Shown here piece by piece: positions 54,358 to 64,000 of a stretch of DNA of 64,000 nt. Position 1 is the stretch's first letter. Each line of letters starts with the position of its first letter. Origin of the DNA: Octopus vulgaris. Lineage: Eukaryota. The translations under genes and the position numbers were made by a program. The stretch lies in assembly GCA_951406725.2 (NCBI GenBank), contig OX597822.1, positions 100,936,001-101,000,000 of the forward strand, written 5' to 3'. Under the pieces are notes generated by a model. That model was not told where the DNA came from. It was given only the letters and a program-made list of their open reading frames with translations, and did not search any database.

Positions 54358-55548
54358 GTACTGTTGTTGTTTAGTCCCAGGCCGAAGCAAACTGTGTAGG
54401 CCTATGATCAGAAGCATTTCATCCGTGACCAACTCACCCATTTTTTTTAGATGTAGGGCTACATTGTCCAATGCGATCATTTTGTTTTTGCTTAAAACAT
54501 CGGAGTATTATTTGATGGATCTGGTTTGTATTGCAAGTCCAGAGACTGCTCAGAGACTCCTTTGATGGGATTGTTGCAGTGGGTGACTATAGAAGTGTTT
54601 GCTCAAAACACGCTTTGTTCGAACATCATTTCTTTCGCCCACGTTCTTGAGGTTAAGAAACCATTGATGTGTGGAAGCCAGTACACACCCGATAGAATTG
54701 GCTAACGAAAACCTTACGTGTGAAAGCTGTGTTGAAAAAAGGATTCAAGCTTGTTGTTTAGCTTTGATCGAGATGACCGTTAATCAAAGACATTTCATCC
54801 TTGACCTTCTCGCTTTTCCTTTCAAATCAAGAACTACACTATTCAAATGTCGTCTTACTTTATCTCTATTAAAACAGTAGGGTGTGATATGAGATTTTGT
54901 TACTATTTCTAGCCTGTCAAGTGGCCTCATTAATGCCTCCCTCGTTGGCGATAATTGAAACAAGTTGATTGCTATCCCTTTCGAGATGGAGAAGTTTGGG
55001 TCAGTGACTGCCCTGTTTTTGAAGTGCGTGGGGATTGGATATGTTGCCGTGTTATAGTAACTAGGCGTTGATCCATATACAAAGAGAAATATTGTTGTTC
55101 ACGTTCAGATAAGCCTTGCATGGTAAGTCTATGATCAAAAGTATTCTATCTTTGACCATCTCGCATTGTTTTTGATATTACATTGTTCAATATGAACTTT
55201 ATGTTTTAAGATAGTAATGTGTAACCTTGAGGGAGAATGTGTAATCTTGAGGGACAACAGTCAGCTGAAAAAAAAAACAATGTTAGGAAATGCAAGTCTT
55301 TACATGCTTTACTGAATACTGAAGTTATCGTACTTTGAAACCCTGTGCAGATGGCGCTGAAGCAAATCAGACCGAGAAAGTGGATCCAAAGAAAAATTAA
55401 ACGCTCGCAGTCCAATTGCGGGAATCTTTCAGTCGGTAGGGTAGAAGTCTTTGATAACATACGACAAATATGAAAAAAGGGAAAGACGGTTGAGGGGATA
55501 GAGAATTACAGTAAGAATTTTTAAAACATTACGTGGAGAGAAAGATAA

Positions 55549-55968
55549 ATACTCTTTTACTCTTTTACTTGTTTCAGTCATTTGACTGCGGCCATGCTGG
55601 AGCACCGCCTTTTAGTCGAGCAAATCGACGCCGGGACTTATTCTTTGTAAGCCCAGTGCTTATTCTATCGGTCTCTTTTGCCGAAATTATAGATGTTCTA
55701 TCGGGTGTGTACTGGCTTCCACACATCAATGGTTTCTTAACCTCAAGAACGTGGGCGAAAGAAATGATGTTCGAACAAAGTAACGGGGACGTAAACACAC
55801 CAGCATCGGTTGTCAAGCAATGCTAGGGGGACAAATCCACTCACAAGGCATTGGTCGGCCCGGGGCTATAGCAGAAGACACTTGCCCAAGGTGCCACGCA
55901 GTGGGACTGAACCCGGAACCATGTGGTTGGTTAGCAAGCTACTTACCACACAGCCACTTCTGCGCCTA
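55549..55968 (-). mobile_element. SINE family A carrying an 85-bp templated insertion
   Basis: Homology; 55696-55780 is foreign to the SINE. Confidence 0.88.
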
Positions 55969-56677
55969 GTATATATATATATATAAGGTTATGAAATGAT
56001 AGGAATTTTTCGAAGGACTGTAGTTTTCTGAACATAACATGTATTTGGCATTTTGCTACGGTTTTGGGGTAGAGAGTGTTACTCACTTGCTTCGAGAACA
56101 CGTTACGATAAAATAATCTTGTAATTTTTTGCAATCCATGATAAACAATGATCGGAATAATGGAGAAAAAAAAAAGCAGAAACAAAATAAAACAAAAAAG
56201 ATTATATAACAGTTTACAGAACATTATTTTCATATTTATATATTTTGTATTCTGACAGTATTACGGAGGCTGAGTAAAATGCATTATGTGAGTATATATA
56301 GCATCTATAATTTTATAGTTACACTATGTATTAACAGACTCGACACATCACGTGAGTATCTCCAGTATTACTAATATATAAATATAATGTACCCACGCAA
56401 AATCATACTCATACACACACAGATACACAAACACAGACACACACACAGACTATATATGTACAAATATGCACACATATATTTTGCAAATACAGTAGGAATG
56501 CTGCTTGAAGCAAGAATATATTCGAGTGCTCCACAAACTAGATTTCATACGACATAACTTAATAGAATACATTGACTAACTGAATAAAAAAACAATTCAA
56601 GATCTATAAATCTATCCCCACGTTTCTCGCTTTCTTCCTATCTCTCCCTATCTTTCTCCTCTCATTCCCTCCCACTC

Positions 56678-56793
<116 letters not shown>

Positions 56794-56822
56794 TACATAT
56801 ATATATATACATATATATATAC

Positions 56823-56890
<68 letters not shown>

Positions 56891-57047
56891 AAATAAATAT
56901 AAGAGAGTGGTCACTATATTGATCACTCTAGCACCAGTTAATCCAAAAGGTTTCAACCACGAAAAATACATGTTTCCCATGAAAGCCGGTACGACTGTTA
57001 GCTCACACGGACAGGGCAAATAAAAAATAACAAAAATACAGATTATT

Positions 57048-57123
57048 TTGGGACAATTGTTTCGCTATTAATGAATTAAATGTAATATTACTTACAGTAA
57101 TCCATTTGTAGCTCTTCAGCCAA
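57048..57123 (-). ncRNA. Type I hammerhead ribozyme (array copy L1, GUC site)
   Basis: Minus strand reads TTGG-CTGAAGA-GCTA...TAGC-GAAAC-AATT-GTC-CCAA. Confidence 0.88.
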
Positions 57124-57581
57124 GACTATCTGGATGAAATCCACTCAATCACACGCCAGATTTTACCATAACGATAAATACGCGTGCGGTTCAATTGATT
57201 ACATCGGACGTTATAATTCAAATGCCCCAACCAACAGCGCGCCAAACTCTCACGGAAAACAAATACAGCATTTAGAAATAAATGCAGCATAATTATAATT
57301 AATTAATAAGGGTGAGAGAATTAGATACTAATTTAATAGTATATTTATTCCACACCAAGTGGCCTAGTGCTACGAGAAACCTGGATTATTATAATATTTT
57401 ATAACATATTATAATATTTTCACAAAATAAATATAAGAGAGTGGTCACTATATTGATCACTCTAGCACCAGTTAATCCAAAAGGTTTCAACCACGAAAAA
57501 TACATGTTTCCCATGAAAGCCGGTACGACTGTTAGCTCACACGGACAGGGCAAATAAAAAATAACAAAAATACAGATTATT

Positions 57582-57657
57582 TTGAATCAATTGTTTCGCT
57601 ATTAATGAATTAAATGTAATATTACTTACAGTAATCCATTTGTAGCTCTTCAGCCAA
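57582..57657 (-). ncRNA. Hammerhead copy L2 with altered cleavage triplet (GAT), predicted inactive
   Basis: Reads GAAAC-AATT-GAT-TCAA instead of GTC-CCAA. Confidence 0.75.
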
Positions 57658-58115
57658 GACTATCTGGATGAAATCCACTCAATCACACGCCAGATTTTAC
57701 CATAACGATAAATACGCGTGCGGTTCAATTGATTACATCGGACGTTATAATTCAAATGCCCCAACCAACAGCGCGCCAAACTCTCACGGAAAACAAATAC
57801 AGCATTTAGAAATAAATGCAGCATAATTATAATTAATTAATAAGGGTGAGAGAATTAGATACTAATTTAATAGTATATTTATTCCACACCAAGTGGCCTA
57901 GTGCTACGAGAAACCTGGATTATTATAATATTTTATAACATATTATAATATTTTCACAAAATAAATATAAGAGAGTGGTCACTATATTGATCACTCTAGC
58001 ACCAGTTAATCCAAAAGGTTTCAACCACGAAAAATACATGTTTCCCATGAAAGCCGGTACGACTGTTAGCTCACACGGACAGGGCAAATAAAAAATAACA
58101 AAAATACAGATTATT

Positions 58116-58191
58116 TTGGGACAATTGTTTCGCTATTAATGAATTAAATGTAATATTACTTACAGTAATCCATTTGTAGCTCTTCAGCCAA
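58116..58191 (-). ncRNA. Type I hammerhead ribozyme (array copy L3, GUC site)
   Basis: Same as L1. Confidence 0.88.
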
Positions 58192-58729
58192 GACTATCTG
58201 GATGAAATCCACTCAATCACACGCCAGATTTTACCATAACGATAAATACGCGTGCGGTTCAATTGATTCAAAATAATCTGTATTTTTGTTATTTTTTATT
58301 TGCCCTGTCCGTGTGAGCTAACAGTCGTACCGGCTTTCATGGGAAACATGTATTTTTCGTGGTTGAAACCTTTTGGATTAACTGGTGCTAGAGTGATCAA
58401 TATAGTGACCACTCTCTTATATTTATTTTGTGAAAATATTATAATATGTTATAAAATATTATAATAATCCAGGTTTCTCGTAGCACTAGGCCACTTGGTG
58501 TGGAATAAATATACTATTAAATTAGTATCTAATTCTCTCACCCTTATTAATTAATTATAATTATGCTGCATTTATTTCTAAATGCTGTATTTGTTTTCCG
58601 TGAGAGTTTGGCGCGCTGTTGGTTGGGGCATTTGAATTATAACGTCCGATGTAATCAATTGAACCGCACGCGTATTTATCGTTATGGTAAAATCTGGCGT
58701 GTGATTGAGTGGATTTCATCCAGATAGTC

Positions 58730-58805
58730 TTGGCTGAAGAGCTACAAATGGATTACTGTAAGTAATATTACATTTAATTCATTAATAGCGAAACAATTGA
58801 TTCAA
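58730..58805 (+). ncRNA. Hammerhead copy R1 with altered cleavage triplet (GAT)
   Basis: Mirror image of L2. Confidence 0.75.
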
Positions 58806-59263
58806 AATAATCTGTATTTTTGTTATTTTTTATTTGCCCTGTCCGTGTGAGCTAACAGTCGTACCGGCTTTCATGGGAAACATGTATTTTTCGTGGTTGA
58901 AACCTTTTGGATTAACTGGTGCTAGAGTGATCAATATAGTGACCACTCTCTTATATTTATTTTGTGAAAATATTATAATATGTTATAAAATATTATAATA
59001 ATCCAGGTTTCTCGTAGCACTAGGCCACTTGGTGTGGAATAAATATACTATTAAATTAGTATCTAATTCTCTCACCCTTATTAATTAATTATAATTATGC
59101 TGCATTTATTTCTAAATGCTGTATTTGTTTTCCGTGAGAGTTTGGCGCGCTGTTGGTTGGGGCATTTGAATTATAACGTCCGATGTAATCAATTGAACCG
59201 CACGCGTATTTATCGTTATGGTAAAATCTGGCGTGTGATTGAGTGGATTTCATCCAGATAGTC

Positions 59264-59339
59264 TTGGCTGAAGAGCTACAAATGGATTACTGTAAGTAAT
59301 ATTACATTTAATTCATTAATAGCGAAACAATTGTCCCAA
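59264..59339 (+). ncRNA. Type I hammerhead ribozyme (array copy R2, GUC site)
   Basis: TTGG-CTGAAGA-GCTA...TAGC-GAAAC-AATT-GTC-CCAA. Predicted cleavage is after 59335. Confidence 0.88.
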
Positions 59340-59626
59340 AATAATCTGTATTTTTGTTATTTTTTATTTGCCCTGTCCGTGTGAGCTAACAGTCGTACCG
59401 GCTTTCATGGGAAACATGTATTTTTCGTGGTTGAAACCTTTGGATTAACTGGTGCTAGAGTGATCAATATAGTGACCACTCTCTTATATTTATTTTGTGA
59501 AAATATTATAATATGTTATAAAATATTATAATAATCCAGGTTTCTCGTAGCACTAGGCCACTTGGTGTGGAATAAATATACTATTAAATTAGTATCTAAT
59601 TCTCTCACCCTTATTAATTAATTATA

Positions 59627-59693
<67 letters not shown>

Positions 59694-60461
59694 TGTTCGG
59701 AGACACAATATTGCTGAATTTGTCAAAGATCTTGAAACTAACATTTACAATTCAATACAGTTCCATTATATGTTCTGGCATGACATCACCCCCATTATTA
59801 GATATAAATATAGTAATAAAGAATACCACGTATATCACGCCACTATGCACAACACTGAAACAAATGCATTATTACGATCGGTAATAATGAATGTCTTCAC
59901 ACATATTAAATAACTATAGCCAAATCCTTTCTCGGACGAGATTTTGAATATTCATCCATGAAAAAAAAAAAAAACTAAAAAAAAACCCCAAAAAACTTGA
60001 GATAAGGAAATGCTATGCATAAACAACGTTAGTTAATAATGAGTACACTTACAAATGGATATACCTGCCACAGAATAATGCAAGAAAAAAAATTTACATC
60101 CACTGATACAAAAGATGTAACACCCACTAAAACATTGCCTTCGTTTGCAACACATAAAGAGATTTATCAAAAAAACGTAAAATCTCTCGAAACTCAACTT
60201 AATATTAATGACAGCGAAATTTCCCTCAGATCACAGCCTGTCATCTTACACGAAGAAAGTAAGATATAGGCAATGTAGTTCTCTCTCTCATTCTTTATCA
60301 CCCTTATGTATGTATGTATGTATGTATGTATGTATGTATGTATGTATGTATGTATGTATGTATGTAGATGTGTATAGATAGATCCCCACTACACGCGTTT
60401 TTCTCTTTTTTCTCCTCTCTCTAAAGACTTTTTCAATTTCTATATACTAATACATCTGTTT

Positions 60462-60530
<69 letters not shown>

Positions 60531-60620
60531 GGAGAGTTTACGAAAAAAACAAAAGACGAAGACAGGTGGTGTACAAAACAAACAGACGTATTAGTATAAC
60601 GTTCAGGAAATTGAAGAAGT

Positions 60621-60656
60621 CTTTTACATTTCGAGCCTACGCTCTTCTACAGAAAG
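60621..60656 (-). ncRNA. Minimal hammerhead-like motif, same family as 21281, in repeat 60528-60735
   Basis: Minus strand reads CTTT-CTGTAGA-A-GAGC-GTAG-GCTC-GAAAT-GTA-AAAG. Confidence 0.45.
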
Positions 60657-60745
60657 GGACACAGAAAAAAACAAGGAGAGAAACAAGGAGAGAAAAAAAC
60701 GCGTGTAGTGGCTAGCGATCTATCATGGCGACCGATCTATAGCTA

Positions 60746-61300
<555 letters not shown>

Positions 61301-61476
61301 ATAATAAATAGAAAATAATACATAATATATATATTACATATGATAAATATATATATTATATTATTTGTTATTTATTATAAATATATGTAATATATATATA
61401 TTAAATATTATTTGTTATTTATAATAAATATATACAATATATATTATATATTATTTGTTATCTATTATAAATATAT

Positions 61477-61701
61477 ACTCTTACTCTTTTACTCTTTTAC
61501 TTATTTCAGTCATTTACTTATTTCAGTCATTTGACTGCGGTCATGCTGGAGCACCGCCTTTAGTCGAGCAAATCGACTCCAGGACTTATTCTTTGTAAGC
61601 CTAGTACTTATTCTATCGGTCTCTTTTGCCGAACCGCTAAGTTACGGGGGCGTAAACACACCACCACAAGCGATGTTGGGGGGACAATCACAGACACGTA
61701 A

Positions 61702-61742
<41 letters not shown>

Positions 61743-61913
61743 CATATATACGACGGGCTTCTTTCAGTTTCAGTCTACCAAATCCACTCACAAGGCTTTG
61801 TCCGGCCCGAGGCTATAGTAGAAGACACTTGCCCAAGGTGCCACGTAGTGGGACTGAACCCGGAACCATGTGGTTTGTAAGCAAGCTACTTAACACAAAG
61901 CCACCTACGCCTA
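61477..61913 (-). mobile_element. SINE family A
   Basis: Homology. Confidence 0.9.
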
Positions 61914-62017
61914 TATATAATATTTATTATATATTGTTATTTATTATAAATATATATAATCCATATATATTATTTTTCATAATATATATATATTATATGT
62001 ATATATATGTGTGAATG

Positions 62018-62057
<40 letters not shown>

Positions 62058-62067
62058 CGTTTGTATA

Positions 62068-62535
62068 TGAGTGAAGGTTAAAACGTATCTGCACTTTTGC
62101 CTAAACTTTATTTAATTTGGCTTCACTGCCTTCAGCAATCGCGAGGTTTCGTAACCGAGGTTTGGTCTTCATACTTCTAGTTTTCTCTTTTGTGTTACAG
62201 ATTAAACTTGGCTATTGCGCCTGATCGTATGTCCCAAGGTAGTAAAACGATCAGAGATCCGATTTCTCTTCTTTGAATGTGTGCCAGGGACGCAAAATTC
62301 ATCGCAAGCTTTCAGTATAATGCCCGTAGAGCGTTCTATCGCGTAAAAGTGTGTATCAATGGATCGAGAAGTTTAAAAATGGCCGGACAAGAGTGAAACA
62401 CGAAGAGAGAGAGAGAGCAAGATGTCCATCATCCTTTACCACGGACGTAAAGATTCAACACGTTCAAGAAATGGTTCTGACGGACCGATGAGTGACCCTC
62501 TATGAGGTGGCATGTTCTCTGCAAATTAATGATGA
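62068..62535 (+). mobile_element. Degraded mariner transposase 5' fragment (HTH region)
   Basis: IHRKL...LSRKSVYQWIEKFKNGRTRVKHEER...VQEMVLTDR*VTLYEVACSLQI matches a mariner N-terminus. Confidence 0.8.
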
Positions 62536-63438
62536 GGTGCATTTCAATATTCGAAGCTCCGATAAAATTGTAAGATTTTACTCAGGCTTTCCACTATGAG
62601 TCCATCGCCTTTTATAGTAGAAACAGTTGCAAGCTAATAAAGTTCATGAGATTTTCGTTTGTTCCTTTATCATCTCTTTTCTTATATATGAATACAAATA
62701 TTTACATATTTGTATACAGATATGTATATATGTATCTGTATATCTTTAGCTATAAATACACGCTCATATATGTATGTATTTCAGTTCTATGTTTAAGAGA
62801 TGAGGAATTATGTACATTGTTTACAGTTGACGGATATTTGTCCTCATTCATCCGTCAAATGTAAATAATGCAAATAATGTAGGTATGTATTTGTTAACAG
62901 ATTGCATATTATATATATATACATATACATATATATATGCGTATGTATGTATATATCTATCTCTCTTACTTGCACGCGCGCGCACACACACACACACAAA
63001 GAAAAACACGTGAGTAAGTGCGTGAGAAATTCGAAAGTTTTCTTGTTACTATTTCTGTTGGCCTAAGATTAATGGAAAACATTCATATTCAACTTAGATG
63101 GAAAGATGTCAGGTGTCAATTATTTATTGAATAACGGCATATTTTATTTCTCTTTAATCTCTTGAACTATTCCTCATCACTGAAGCAGCATTTCGATATA
63201 TAAGCTGGCGCTTAGCAATTGTTTTTTGAAACGAATGAAGAAATGATTTACGACTCACAAGATTAATTCATTCGTGTGTTAGAGAATTTTATCTGAATAC
63301 TATAAATTCAGAAAACTATACATCAGCCTTCCTCTATCTGTATTTACTCTGTTCTTAAGCACTCCTGCTGTCAGGTAAATTAGATGGCAGGTGCTTTGTG
63401 ATTTCAAAGATACAACAAAACATAACGTGATGTAGTTA

Positions 63439-63540
63439 TAGGCGCAGGAGTGGCTGTGTGGTAAGTAGCTTGCTTACTAACCACATGGTTCTGGGTTCAG
63501 TCCCACTGCATGGCAACTTGGGCAAGTGTCTTTTACTATA
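63439..63540 (+). mobile_element. SINE family A head fragment
   Basis: Homology. Confidence 0.85.
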
Positions 63541-64000
63541 TTAGCTGTACTCCAAGCAAAACCACACCCTCTCTCTAGTGAAGCTTCGCAATTCATTATT
63601 GTGAGATTTTTAAGCGATGGAGTGAATGGATGGCTGAATAAGTAGCTGATTAGAATACTTTGCAGTATTTAGTCTCATATCTTTACGTTCTGCGTTCAGC
63701 TCCCGCTGGATCTGGCTTTAACTTTCATTTATAAAAATATATACTAAGGCCCATTTAATTTAGACCCCTTAAATTGACTATATCCTTCATGTCACAAATT
63801 ACACTGGTTTACAAAAACTTTTTTATTTGCTTTCAAGGCAAGGATGTGAATAGGTGTTTTTTTTTACTAATTTTGATATGGTGAATTCGATTTTGTTATC
63901 AGTTTTGCTCTATCACCTCTAGATTATTTGCTTGCAGATATCTCATTTTAATTATACTGCATATAAATTCAAAATATAGTGTGTTTATTTCATCTGTTAC

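Larger units (their letters stand above)
56890..59624. mobile_element. Retrozyme-like array of 534-bp HHR-bearing monomers arranged as a giant inverted repeat between (TA)n tracts
   Basis: AAGAGAGTGG at 56901, 57435 and 57969 (period 534). The reverse complement occurs at 58409, 58943 and 59476. The arms are about 56890-58127 and 58260-59496. Confidence 0.9.

Noticed and set aside
60039-60269. 76-aa ORF as a possible host exon
   Set aside because: No recognisable domain or supporting exons; it cannot be supported without RNA or homology data.

Overview
AT-rich, microsatellite-saturated animal intergenic or intronic DNA. The SINE repertoire looks cephalopod (octopus-like), which is inference. 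No intact host gene can be supported, and most ORF-track entries are translations of simple repeats. Recognisable content: several tRNA-derived SINE families, 3' fragments of RTE and CR1-group LINEs, an ORF1-only retroposon with a 16-bp target site duplication (TSD), Tc1/mariner and Merlin-like DNA transposon derivatives, and Helitron-like ends. The main hidden signal is a dense population of type I hammerhead ribozymes (HHRs; core CUGANGA...GAAA...NUH). About 10 well-formed and several variant copies lie in short non-coding elements inserted in (TA)n or (TATC)n tracts. The centrepiece is a 2.7-kb array of 534-bp HHR-containing monomers (56890-59624) folded into a giant palindrome whose turn point lies at the ribozyme cleavage site. 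Together with Penelope-type GIY-YIG and RT relics, this points to a retrozyme-like, Penelope-mobilised family of self-cleaving RNAs. All structures were paired by eye; none was tested computationally.
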